From positions 73,408,001 to 73,472,000 of the forward strand of contig OX597815.1 of NCBI GenBank assembly GCA_951406725.2: a stretch of 64,000 nt of DNA. The letters are read 5' to 3'. Shown one piece after another: positions 51,384-64,000 of the stretch. A model generated the notes under the pieces. That model saw nothing but the letters and a program-made list of their open reading frames with translations, did no database searches and had not been told where the DNA came from. Source of the DNA: Octopus vulgaris. Its lineage: Eukaryota. The translations under genes were made by a program, and so were the position numbers. Position 1 is the first letter of the stretch. Each line of letters begins with the position of its first letter.

Positions 51384-52588
51384 ATAATTAAAGTGGTTTG
51401 GATTTTAGCTGTTCCTTCTAGCAAGTGAAGAATCCTATGACAGATACCTCTTATGTGTTTAAATGTACACACTCTCTCTCTCTATATATATATTTATATG
51501 TATGTATGTATGTATGTGTGTATGTATTCTTTTACTTCTTTCGGTCATTTGACTGTGGTCATGCAGGAGCACTGCCTTGAAGGGTTTTAGTCATACAAAA
51601 TGACACCAGGACTTATTTTTTTAAAAGCCTAGTACTTATTCTATTCTTCTCTTTTGCTGAACTGCTAAGTTATGGGGACATAAACCAATACTGGTTGTCA
51701 TGAAGTGATGGGGGAAAACACAGACACAAACACACACACATACACACCCACACACACAAACTTCTTTCAGTTTCCGTCTACCAAATCTACTCAAAAAGCT
51801 TTGATCAGCCTGAAGCTAGAGTAGAAGACACTTGTCCAAGGTGCCAAATGGTAGGACTGAACTTGGAACCATGTTTTTGGGAAGTAAGCTATATATATAT
51901 ATCAAAAGGATGTGTTATAATACTATTCCACAGCCATACCAACAATCCATCATACCTCCATCATCAGCTGCCCCATGGATATCATTATGGTTTCGACACC
52001 CAGGCAGTACCATTCAATCTGGTGGTGTCAACAGCACTAAAATAAGTGTTGTTTGGGAACAAACAAACCAAAGAACCTACAACTATCAAACATATTTACC
52101 CAATGTACAACCATATCGATAAATAAATTCCATAAGTAAATTACAACCCCTCCTAAATATATAACAAAACCAGAACTTTATTAAGTCATAAAAAATTATA
52201 ATCCCTACTGTCTTCCTTAGTGTAATATATAAGTAAAGCTTAATAATCACGTTATTTCAATCAATCAATATATGGGGACGATTAAACGCTAACCTTACTA
52301 AAACTACAACAAGAGACATAAACCAATGTACATTGTATTGGTATATATATATATATATATATAAGTATGCATTTGTGCATGCTTTTGTCTTGATATCATG
52401 TAATTGTTGTTAATGAATGTCACTGTCATATAAGCGGTATCATTCATTTCCAATATTCTGTGAGAGTAAGTCTGGCTAGGGAGAAATAGATACCCTAGTT
52501 GGTGATAGGAAGGGATGCTCTGGCCATAGGAAATCTGGCTCATTAAACTCTGTCCATCCCATGGAGGTTGTGGTGGTGATGATGATAA

Positions 52589-52655
<67 letters not shown>

Positions 52656-52788
52656 ACTTGGCAGCATGTACTTTGTTTTTCCATTAATTGTCTTAGATAC
52701 TTATGTAGTCACAAGCAAGCATAGATAACCTCTCAGCTCCTTCATGCATGGTCCATTAGGTCATCCAGGAAGGCAGAAGAGTAGTGAG

Positions 52789-52847
<59 letters not shown>

Positions 52848-54404
52848 GTACCAGTACGTGGCTGGTACTTGTTTTCAGCAAAGAAGACTTGAGAACTTTG
52901 AAATCAGGTGCCTTGCCTCAAAGACACAGATTGTATCACCTGATGCAGGAATCAAAACCTCAACCTTATAATCATTAGCCTACATATAATTATATCCCTT
53001 GCATCATCATCATTTCATCCTTCTTATATCTCTTTTCTTTTTTTCAAGAGTACACACACACACATACATATATGCACACATACATATATATACACATGCA
53101 ATGGGCTTCTTTCAGTTTCCATCTACTAATTCTAATCACAAGGATTTGATTGTTCTGGGGCTATAGTAGAAAACATTTGCTCAAGGTACCACACAGTAGA
53201 ATTGAACCTGAAGCCACATGGTTGGGAAGTAAGCTTCATGACTGTGGAAGCTTGTTGTATATATTATGTATACATAATATACATGACAAACTCCATTCCA
53301 TACAGTTTTCCTCAACCAATTCCCTTACCAAGGCAATAGTCAGCCTTGAGCAAAAGTAGAAGACACTTGCCCAAAATGTTATGAAATGAAATCAAACTCG
53401 AAACAACAGGGTTGTTGAAGCAAACTCTGTAACCACACAGCCAGCTTGTATATTCAGAACTAGATATCTCCTCATATAGGTTTCTATAAACATTCTTTGT
53501 AGCTTATCATGTAGCACTAAACATAATATTTATGAGCAACCCTACGCTCCAAACATAATGTGAATATGTTAACACCAATAAAGAATTTATGTGAAAGAAA
53601 CAAACAACCCCAATGCTGAAAATTTACGATATTTTCCAGCTGGAATTATAAAGAGATATCTATCAAATATTTTAATATTTCTTCTACAAAATCACATTTT
53701 GCAAAAAAAGTTACAGAAACAATAGAGAGATTTAGTTGTACAAAATTAGTTTCATGTAAACAAGTTAATTTCATTAAAGTCAATGTTGCAGTTTGTGAAA
53801 ATCAATAACTCACATATCTAAAGAAAGCATTTTCTCCTAATATGAAATAAGCCCCCTCCCCACTACCACCACCACCACCACCACCACACATTCTGGATTT
53901 ATCAGTTGTGGATAAGCCCAGCAACAGAAAGTGTATTAATATTTGAAATTTATCTATGCAAGATAGGAACCCAAAAATCCTCAGTTGCTCAATACTATCA
54001 CATGAAAATAGATTTTTTCATAATTGTTTTCTTAACTAAAAGAAGTCCATTATGTTTATATATGTGTGTTTCTTCGATCTTCTTGTCAACAAAAGAGACC
54101 AATACAATTAAGTATCAGGTTTAAAAAACAAAGTACTGGGGGCAATTTGTTTGGAAAAATCCCCAGCAAGGTCGAGGTCTAATGACTGGCCAGTGCCGGT
54201 GCCATGTGAAAGGCATCCCATACACTCTGTGAAGTGGTTGGCATTAGGAAGGGCATCCAGCCATAGAAACCAAGCTAAAAGAGACCAGAGCCTGGTGTAG
54301 TTCTCTGGCTTAACCAGTTCCAGTCAAACCATCCAACTCATGCCTGCATGGAAAACTAATGCTAAATGATGATGAGGATTAAAGGGATTAAAGATAGTCA
54401 AGGA

Positions 54405-54875
54405 ATTAGTATCCTGGGGCTGTATTCACAAGTGATGGAAGGTAGGATGCTCAATTGGATGCTAGAATTGCAGATGCTGGTACAGTTAAATGCCAGTTCC
54501 TGCATTTGATCCACAGAAGAAGAGAGGTTGGTAAAACGACCAAACTTGTTCCTCTCCTTAATTCAGTTTTCATGCCTGTCCTCAGTAAATGTTGGGTGAT
54601 GATGAAAAGAGTACAATTGCAGATACAAACAGCTGGAATGGAGTTCCTCTGAAGTGTCTCTGGAGTAACATTACTTAAACACAGTATGTAGGTTGGAGGC
54701 TGATATTTTTCCATGTTGAGATCAGGGTCCTGGTATTACAGATATGTGATCGGAATATTGCAGGAAAGAATCACAGGAAGAATTCTTGAAGCTGAGCCAA
54801 CAGGCAGGAGACTTAAGGGAACACCAAGAACAAAATGATTGGATAATACCCTGTCCCAGTTGGTCATGCTTGGGA
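54405..54875 (+). mobile_element. Decayed RTE (Expander/Rex3-like) LINE 3' fragment
   Basis: YPGAVFTSDG..LDARIADAG...CWVMMKRVQLQIQTAGMEFL..VSGVT...PTGRRLKGTPRTK. Confidence 0.75.
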
Positions 54876-55423
54876 ATCAAGACAGAAAGGACTGAGATAC
54901 TGGGTGCCTGGCCATACTCAAGAAGACCCATAGTGTTAAGACTGACCCTTCTGGTGGCGTAAAGCACACGTGGTGGTGCCTCGTAAGAGTGCCCATGCGG
55001 TGCCATGTAAAAGCACCAGTGCAGTGCCATGTACAAGCCACATAAAAGCACTCAGTATACTCTGTAATGTGGTTGGTGTTAGGAAGGGCATCCAGCTGTA
55101 GAAACCATGCTAAATCAGACTGGAGTCTGATGCAACTACCCAGCTTGCCAGCTCTGGTCACATTGTCTAACACATGCAACCATGGACAACGGACGTTAAA
55201 TGATGATGATAATGAAAATTTAATAATGGTTGCTTCTGAAAGGACTCTGTGGGAGAGATGCCTGAGGACTCTATTGCCCATGACTCTCCCAAAAAGAGTG
55301 AGCATAGAAAATGGATGGATAAATTAATAAGAGTTGTACTGAAATAAGGCAAATCCATTAAGAAATAATCGTTACCAAAGTCGCATAGTTTCAGTAGATT
55401 ATATTTTAAGAGTTTATACAGAC

Positions 55424-55606
55424 CTTAGAAAACATATTCCTCTGGTCAATCAATAATTTTTCAGTTTCTTCAACTTTGCTTTTCCAAATTAATTGCAGTT
55501 CTTCCTTCTGCTTGTTAATTTGTTTTGATTGCTTCTCCTTCTCTAAGTCATGTTCTTTAATCAATTTAGCATTTTCTTCTGCAGATTTGTGCTTTAATTC
55601 TGAAAG
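55424..55606 (-). CDS. CEP112: CEP112-like, coding exon c (183 nt, phase 0-0)
   Basis: Acceptor ...TAATTCTCAG|CTT, donor AAG|GTCTGT. 61 open codons LSELKHKSAEENAKLIKEHDLEKEKQ...LLIDQRNMFSK, versus recalled human IVELKLEHEQEKTHLLQQHNAEKD...KKRDAQ. Confidence 0.85.
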
Positions 55607-56839
55607 CTGAGAATTAAAATAATAAACTCATAATGATTTCAAAGTTTGGAACAAAGCCAACAATTTTAGGGGTGTGGGTAGGTCGATTACATCAGGGTTC
55701 AACTGGAACTTATTTTATAAACTCCGTAAAGATAAAAGGCAAAGTTGACCTCAATGGAATTTGAACTTAGCGCATTAAAACAGATGACATGCTGCTTAGC
55801 ATTTTGACCAACATGCTAACAGTTCTGCCAGCTTGCTGCCTTACAATAAATTAATAATAGAAAGCAAATATCATTCATCTTCATTATTTACCTGATTTGA
55901 GTTCAAACCCTACCAAAGTCAACTTTACCTTTCATCTTTCTGGAGTCAATACGGTATCAAGAAAGTACAGGAGTTTAGTTAACTAACTCCACCCCACTGG
56001 GTCTAATACCATGAGGAAATCTATCCAACTCAACAACATATCATCATCTTCACTCAGTCTAGATAAACACACAGACACACACACACAACTAGCCACAGCA
56101 GAATTGATACAGATGCTGGTGCCACATAAAAAGCACCCAGTACATTCTTGTGGAGTGGTTGGCATTATAAAAGGCATCATCATCATCATCCTCATCATCA
56201 TCGTCATTGCCACCGCCACCACCACCACCACCACCATTACCATTACTATCATCATTTAATGTCAGTAAAATTGCTATCTTCCACACTTACAGGCTTGTTT
56301 TTTCAGGTGCCAATGCCACTTAAAAAGCACTTGTGCCAGTGCTGCATTAATGCACTCGTGCTGCCACTGCGTAAACACACCCATGCAGATGGTATGTACA
56401 AAGCACCCCCAGCACACTCTGTAAAGTGGTTGGTATTAGAAACTATGTCTCAACAGACAGCTGGAGCCCAGAGAGCTCCCTGCTAGCCAGCTCCATGTGA
56501 AATCATCCAACCCATGCCAGCATGGAAAGCAGACATTAAATGATGATGCGGAGGATGATTTCCATGCTGGCATGGGCTGGACAATTTGACAGGAGCTGGC
56601 TAGGCAGAAAACTACACCAGGCTTTACTGTCTGTTTTGACATGGTTTTTACGGCTGGATGCCCTTCCAACACTGGAAACTATGTCAGAACAAACAATGGA
56701 GCCTGGTGTGGTCTCCTGCTCTTACCAGCTCCAGTCAAACCATCCAACCCATGCCAGCATGGAAAATTATGATGATGATGATGATGACAGTCACTCCTGC
56801 TCCTAAAATGACTCTCCATATAATAAACATACTATTTAC

Positions 56840-56947
56840 CTCAGAGATATATTTTGATTTTGTCTCTTCCATACTTTTGGTGAATTCTTGCGTTTGTTTC
56901 TCAAGCAGCTGTTTTGAATGTTGAAGTTTGTTTTCTGTCTCTATAAT
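56840..56947 (-). CDS. CEP112: CEP112-like, coding exon b (108 nt, phase 0-0)
   Basis: Acceptor ...GTGTTATAG|ATT, donor GAG|GTAAAT. Encodes IIETENKLQHSKQLLEKQTQEFTKSMEETKSKYISE, versus recalled human MEKVEADLTRSKSLREKQSKEFLWQLEDIRQRYEQQ. In frame with exon a. Confidence 0.88.
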
Positions 56948-57062
56948 CTATAACACCAACAAAAACAAACATTATTAAGCACTTTAGAACAACCAAATAT
57001 CTACCGCTTTATACTTTAAAATAGTTGTAATCACTGTTAAAACAAAATTTACAGCTGGTTAC

Positions 57063-57198
57063 CTGTGAATTCATTTCATTAAAGAGTTTGTTTCTGTCTG
57101 TCTCAAATTCCTTCTTTAGCTGCTCCACATATTTTTCAGTCTGTTTGCTCTGTTCCATGAATTTTTTTTTCAATTCTACTAGTTCACTTTCTTTGTCT
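57063..57198 (-). CDS. CEP112: CEP112-like coiled-coil centrosomal protein, coding exon a (136 nt, phase 2-0)
   Basis: Acceptor ...TTCTTTGTAG|A, donor CAG|GTAACC. Encodes DKESELVELKKKFMEQSKQTEKYVEQLKKEFETDRNKLFNEMNSQ, which aligns by eye and without gaps to recalled human CEP112 EKEEQLTRVTEVQRLQAQQADAALEEFKRQVELNSEKVYAEMKEQ. Confidence 0.85.
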
Positions 57199-57476
57199 CT
57201 ACAAAGAATATTATTCTCATTATTACACTGACATCATTTGTTTTCTTATATTTATATTATTATCATCATTATTATCATTATCCTCTTTTTCAGTTTCGCT
57301 TCTATTTCTTGCTAAGTGTCTTCCTGACACCTAGGACAAAGAAGCTCACTGTATACATTGGTAAGCCATTAAAATAAAGACACCAGATTGTTCATTTACA
57401 AAGTCATGTGATAGAAAAAAAAGGAAGGAGGAGATAGGAAGAAAAAACAAAAAAAATGAATACTCATTGTTATTAA

Positions 57477-58640
57477 GGCAGTGAGCTGGCAGAATTGTTA
57501 GCATGCCAAGCAAAATGGTTAGCGGTATTTTGTCTGCCGCTATGTTCTGAGTTCAAATTCCGCCAACGTCGACTTAGCCTTTCATCCTTTCAGGGTTGAT
57601 AAATTAAGGACTAGTTACGCACTGGGGTCGATATAGTCGACTTAATCTGTTTGTCTGTTCTTGTTTGTGCCCTCTTTGTTTAGCCCCTTGTGGGTAGTAA
57701 AGAAATAGGTATTTTGCCCATTGCTACGTTCTGAGTTCAAATTCTGCTGAGGTCAACTTTGCCTTTCATCCTTTCAAGGCCAATAAATTAAGTACCAGTG
57801 AAACACTGGAGTCAATGCAATCAACTAATCCCCGCCACCACCACCAATTTCAGGCCTAGTGCTTATAGTAGAAAGGATAATTATTATCATGAAGGTGGCA
57901 AGGTGGCAGAATTGTTACTGCAGTAGAGAAAATGCTTAGTGACATTTTGTCTGTCTTTATGTTATAAGTTCAAGTTCTGCCAAGGTTGACGTTGCCTTTC
58001 ATCCTTTCAGAGTGATAAAAATGTACCAATAGAGCACAGGGATCAGTGACATCTACTAGCCCTCTCCCCTCAAAAATTCATGCCTTGTGCCTTTAGCAGA
58101 AAGAATTATTATTATTATAACTATTATTATTATTATTATTATTAGTAGTAGTAGTAGTAGTGAGGGCACATGGCCTAGTGGTTAGGGTGTTCCACTCACG
58201 ATTATGAGATCATGGTTTCAATTCCTAGACTGGGTGGTGCATTGTGTTCTTGAGCAAAACACTTTATTTCATGTTGCTCTGCAATCACTTCGACACCTGA
58301 TGTGTGGTACAAGTACCTGTTCATGCAATATCGATTTGATGGAGGGAGGGAGGGAACTAATGTAAAGCACATGAACAAATCCTCTGTGCAGGTCGTTTGG
58401 CAAAAAACTGAACATTCATACATTATCTTTGATGGGAGAATCTACCAGTGTCATCATTATCATTATTATTAAGGTGGTGAGCTGGCAGAATTGTTAGCAT
58501 ATCTTGTCTGTCTTTATGATCTAAGTTCAAAACCTGCAGAGGGCAACTTTGCTTTTTGTCTTCTGGGGTCAATAAAATAAGTACCAATCAAGTCTAGCCT
58601 CCTTTCACAAAATTTCAGGCCTCGTGCCTGTTCTAGAAAG

Positions 58641-58682
<42 letters not shown>

Positions 58683-59174
58683 AGTGGCAAGCTGGCTGAA
58701 TCGTTAGGACACTGAACAAAATACTTAGCAGTGTTTCATCTGTTTTAACATTCTGAGTTCAAATTCTGCCATGGTTGACCTTGCCTTCCATCCTTTCAGG
58801 GTCGAAATACTGGGGTTGATGCAATTGACTAGTCCCCTCCCACAAAATTTAAGGTGAGTGGTGGAATTTGAAGTCAGAATGTAAAGATAGATGAAATGCT
58901 ACCATGCATTTTGCCCAGTGTGCTAATGATTCTGCCAGCTCACTGTCTTAATAATAATATTAATCCTTTCTACTACAGGCACAAGGCCTGAAATTTCAAG
59001 GCAGTCAACAGACGATTACATTGACCCCAGTGTTTCACTGGTACTTAATTTATCGACCCCAAAAGGATGAAAGGCAAAGTCAACTTCATTGGAATTTGAG
59101 CTCAGAACGTTAAAATGGACAAAATGCCAGTAAGCATTTTGCCTGGCGTGGTAACAATTCTACCAGCTCGCCGC

Positions 59175-59211
<37 letters not shown>

Positions 59212-59415
59212 GTGGTAGTAGTAGTAGTAGTAGTAGTAGTTTTAAATTTTTGTCTGCAGTTTTGAGGGAAGCAGACAAGTTAATTATATTGACTCCAGTA
59301 CTTGACTTCTAGTTTACTTTATCACTGCAGCATAATTTGGACTCAATGCGTAAAGAGGTGAAGAAATATTGCTAAGCATTTTGTCCAATGTGTTAATGAT
59401 TCTGTTAGCTCACCA
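57477..59415. mobile_element. Cluster of about eight family A SINE copies plus one D-related SINE
   Basis: Plus copies at ~57477, 57711, 57893, 58472 and 58682; minus copies at ~58851-58950, 58963-59172 and 59240-59415; separated by (TAT)n/(AAT)n tails. Confidence 0.85.
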
Positions 59416-60949
59416 CCTGATCTTATTTTATGTAGCATTCAGGTATGCTGAGAATTTAGGAAGCAGCAGTAAGTCAAATAAAGACGAAAATGAAAACCAA
59501 AAGTGCATGCTCAATACACAAGACAAAACATAAGAAGATAGAAAAGTGAACAATAAAAGAATCATAAAAAGAAAAGGGTGCTCAGGCTCATCAGAAATAA
59601 TGCTGGTGAATTTTATGAAGATTGGAACTTTTGAAGAATGCAGTGTCTTTGACTGCTAATAACTGACACAGTTATTAGCCTGCTATGATAATTCCGAGTG
59701 TGAGAAAACGTTTTCTAGAAAAATGTTTCCTAGAAAAGGGAGTTTATTTAAAATATATACTCCAAGTACTTGAAGAGGTCCTCACCTATCCTTTTATGTA
59801 CTGGTATATCTCAGGCAAATTTTAAAATTTCTGAAAGACTTTCTGGAATTTTAAACGACAATTTCCAAGAGTCTCCTCACAGCTTGTATAATCTATTAAA
59901 ACCTCACCCTTTCACACTGCTTCAGCTCTTCACCATTTTTCAGTTTTGTTATTTTTTTCATTTCTAGCTTTCCGTTTCCCCATTGCAAATTGCTAATTTC
60001 TGAATTGTCACTTTCTTCTGCCTTTTCATTCCTCCTGTCACGTTCACAAGTGCCTTAGTTCATACCTATACTAACTTCTTTTAGCTTAGTGTCCCGTGTT
60101 TCTTTCCAATGCTACACTTTACTCACCCACTTTCACCTTCCCAACCTCTCCTACGAATGGTGTGACCCTGTGTCTCTCTGTGTTATCCTTTTTATGGTTC
60201 TTCTCACAGTTAGTTCCATGCCAGGAATATTAAACCACAAAAAAACAACAAAATGATAAAGAATTAAAACAGACACTATAGTCTAATTCTTAAATAGTTT
60301 CTAAGTACCTCTGAACTAATAGAATCAATTCATCAGGCATAATAAACCTGACAGCCCCTTAAAGAAACAGAACTCAACTCACATAATACATGTCTCACCA
60401 AATGGATGTTGTCACATACACCTTGTAAAATCTTTGATTGTGATACATTTGCCACTGCCACCACCACCACCGCCGCCGCCACCGGTTCCTCCTCTCCCCT
60501 CCTCCCTTTGCCATCTGCCAAGTATATAATTTAATATAGAAATACTTCTTTTCAATTGAAAGGGCTGCATTTTCTGGTTTTTAAAAAAAGAAAAAAAAAT
60601 TTGTTTTTCTTTTTTTTTTTCTGTGATTCCAATTCTTTTCACCAAATTCTACCCACATTAATTACTACCAATGCTACATGATGGCTGTCGAAGGTTATAT
60701 AAGCTACCACTACTTTCTTCTCTTCTTCATGCCAGTTTATTTATTATGCACTCTTAAGCTGTTTCAATGCTAAAAGTCATTTCTGGTGAGAGAGAATGAC
60801 AGAGTGACAAATGGCAGTGGAGGAGGGTAAGAGGAGGAGGAGGAGGAGGAATTCTTTTATTCCAATTAATACAAGTTCTAATTTTCAGATTGCAGAAATG
60901 TCTTGAATTAAGACTACATATATGTATACACACATCCACACACACATAT

Positions 60950-60982
<33 letters not shown>

Positions 60983-61693
60983 CACTCTACAATTTATAAT
61001 TACTGTACACATTTCCACAGTTGTTGATCTTATGACAAAAGGTATAGAATATACCTGTGCTTAATGTATTACTTTTCAACGAACAGCAACTCTCTCACAA
61101 AATGAGAAATTTTAACAAAAAAACCAAAAACCAAAAAAAAAAAAAAAACACTCGAAACATTATCTGAATAAAATTGACAGGATTAACCAGTAACTATGGC
61201 AACCAATCCATCTTGCTGAGCTAGCATAATAATGATTATCATGACAAACTACATAACATTATAATCTAATGGGTAGCTTGGTGGTCAAAAACACAAACAC
61301 CAAAAGACAAAAACAAAACCATAACAAAAAAAACTACCCACTTATAACAACATATCTCTTGTACGACTGAACATTTTTCTATTGCTGAAATATCAATATC
61401 TTGGCACAATACAAATTCCTATTCTTTCTAAGTCTGTCCTTTGACTTTGTTTAAGAGAAAGACAGGAGGGGGGTCGGGTGGTGGGGATGGATAGGGGGCG
61501 GCTGAGCGAGAGAGGAATAGGTTTCTGAATCATTAAGAAAATGTCTCAGAAAATGTATTTGGAACTGTTTTCACTCAACATTTTATTTTATTTTCAATGG
61601 TTTCAGTTGTCGCAGATGTCATGTGTCTCTTTTCCGCAACCATATCCTCAATATATAGAAATATCACACACACACACACACACACACACATTA

Positions 61694-61779
<86 letters not shown>

Positions 61780-62554
61780 GAAATATGACACACATACATT
61801 ATATATATACACACACACACACACATACATATATACAGATACACAACCACACACACAAATAACAGCAGTTAAGTAGTTTAAGAATGATATGAGTGGATTT
61901 GGTAGATGGAAACTGAAAGAAGCTTGTTGTGTGTATGTATGTGTGTGTGTGGTTTGTGTTTGTGTCTGTACTCCCACTGCTTAACAACAAGTACTGGTTT
62001 GTTTATATTCCCATAACCTAGTGGTTCAACAAAAGAGCCCAATACAATGAATACCAGGCTTAAAAAAAAATCACCACTGGGGCCAGTTTGTTTAACTAAA
62101 ATCTCAAGGCAGTGCCCCACTATGGCCACAGTCCAATGACTGAAATAAGTAAAATGTGCATGTGTGTGTATATATATATATAAAACTAGCTGTATGTGGT
62201 TGCTTATCATGCTAGTAATAGTGGGAAACTCTTCTTCACTCTCATCTCTATGACATTCCTGTAAATAAGTCAATCACTGATGAAAATATGTTTAAACATC
62301 TCATTTTTTAATATGTAAAGGGAGTTTGTATGCAGTGACACATATTTAGCTGGAGGTTTTGAGTCAAATTCAGTCTTTTCAATTTACAATTAACAAGATA
62401 GGGGTAAAATATTTGAAAAATTTTACTTGAGTGAAGTAAAATTTCACAAATTCTACAAATATTACTTTACTCTTCTACTTTAACCCTAGGCCAACCAATG
62501 CCTTGTGAGTGGATGTTGTAGACAGAAACTGAAAGAAGCCCATTGTGTGTGTGC

Positions 62555-62624
<70 letters not shown>

Positions 62625-62866
62625 TAAATATTTTGAATTATGTAAGTAATTCCTTTGTTAAAGGCCGAAACCGAGGTATGCATTTAAGTCTGTTTTTTAT
62701 ATAAATTTTCATCTGTCCTGCCCGCCAAATTTGGTTCTGGTGTTCGCTGAATTTTTCCTCTAGAGAATTTCCTTTGTAGTTTGATCGTTGATGATCTGTT
62801 TCTAGCATTCGGCTGGCTACCTAGCAGTCCAGCCCTGCCAATATACACACATATATATATATATAC

Positions 62867-62911
<45 letters not shown>

Positions 62912-62913
<2 letters not shown>

Positions 62914-63480
62914 GCTGGACCATGTTGTACCTGGCCTTCTTCCTGAGTCACAATGTGGCTTTCTGTCAAATCGAGGCACAACTGATGTGCTCTTTACTAT
63001 CCAACGAGGTTAATGAGAAGTGCAGAGAACAACTGTATTGATCTGCATCAGTGTTTCACTGATCTTAGCAAACTGGGGTGTCCAGATATGTCCACAGGGA
63101 TCCTTTGATTTCTTAATAACATGAAAACATTGCTTTGTGCTGATGGTTGAACTACTAGAACCCATCTCAGTTGAATCTGTTATTAAACTGGGTGATATCC
63201 TGGTCCCTACAATGCTATTGTTACCTTGTGAGCTTAACACTTAGCACACAGCAATACTGGTATCTACATTTGTTACTGTACAAGAAGGAAGTTTTTCAAA
63301 ATCTGTTGCTTTACTGTAGTAACAAAAATTTTCATGACTCTCATTCATGATCTCCTTTATTCTGATGATTCCTGTCTCATGATCCACAGTGAGGAAGGCC
63401 AGGGACTCCTCATGGGGTCTTTTCAACTGTGTGTGATGAATTTGGACTTACAATCAGTCTTAGAAGTCTTTAGCCATGCT
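62912..63480 (+). mobile_element. Decayed RTE (BovB-like) LINE RT fragment
   Basis: LPESQCGFLSNRGTTDVLFTI, EKCREQ, FTDLSK, IHDLLYSDDSCLMIHSEE; multiple stops and deletions. Confidence 0.75.
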
Positions 63481-64000
63481 ACAACCAGCGCCAGGTAAGC
63501 CATATATTCCACCATTGATATACATCAAGTTTAGAAGTCATGGATATGCTTTTCTCTCCTAGTAACACACTATATATATATATTATTCTTTTATTTGTTT
63601 CAGTCATTTGACTGCAGCCATGCTGGAGCACCACCTTTAGTCGAACAAATCGACCCCAGGACTTATTCTTTGTAAGCCTAGTACTTATTCTATTGGTCTC
63701 TTTTTGCTGAACTGCTAAGCTACAGGGGACGTAAACACATCAGCATCGGTTGTCAAGCTATGTTGGGGGGGGGACAAACATAGACATACAAACATATATA
63801 TATATGCATATATACAACGGGCTTCTTTCAGTTTCCATCTACAGAATCCACTCACAAAGCTTTGGTTGGCCCAAGACATGGCTTTAGATTCAGTCCCACT
63901 GCATGGTATCTTGGGCAAGTGTTTTCTACTATAGCGTGAAGCAAATCAAAGCTTTTTGAGTACATCTGGTGGACAGAAAGTGAAGGATGTGCGTGTGTGC

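Noticed and set aside
51955-52012. Hammerhead ribozyme on the minus strand (GAAAC...CTGATGA within 45 nt)
   Set aside because: No UH cleavage triplet after the putative stem III, no stem I, and no stem II complementarity.
59905-59970. Upstream CEP112 exon (KLEMKKITKLKNGEELKQCE)
   Set aside because: It has a donor-like GTGAGG but a purine-rich upstream region with no credible acceptor, and no clear match to the expected peptide. The preceding exon probably lies beyond 64000.

Overview
AT-rich, microsatellite-dense animal DNA. The SINE repertoire looks like an octopod cephalopod (Octopus-type); this is pattern recognition, not a database result. The whole window appears to lie inside one large minus-strand gene. 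Seven short GT-AG coding exons (57198-57063, 56947-56840, 55606-55424, 40191-40048, 21236-21150, 19089-19027, 1431-1379) splice in frame into a ~258-aa coiled-coil segment. That segment is colinear with the C-terminal half of CEP112 (CCDC46) as I recall the human protein; the gene start and probably its end lie outside the window. The introns hold RTE and CR1 LINE fragments, a decayed Gypsy LTR element with one LTR and PBS, Tc1/mariner remnants, hAT- and piggyBac-like MITEs, a Helitron, a HINE and dozens of SINE copies. Nearly all ORFs in the supplied track are repeat or microsatellite artefacts. I found no convincing wholly new biological system. The best leads are a heterodimeric SINE inside one 14-bp TSD, modular head/tail-swapping SINEs, inverted SINE arrays around the exons (candidate ADAR/circRNA substrates), a ~240-bp palindrome and an unclassified element with internal tandem repeats. 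Exon coordinates were read base by base; repeat boundaries are approximate (about +/-10-20 bp).
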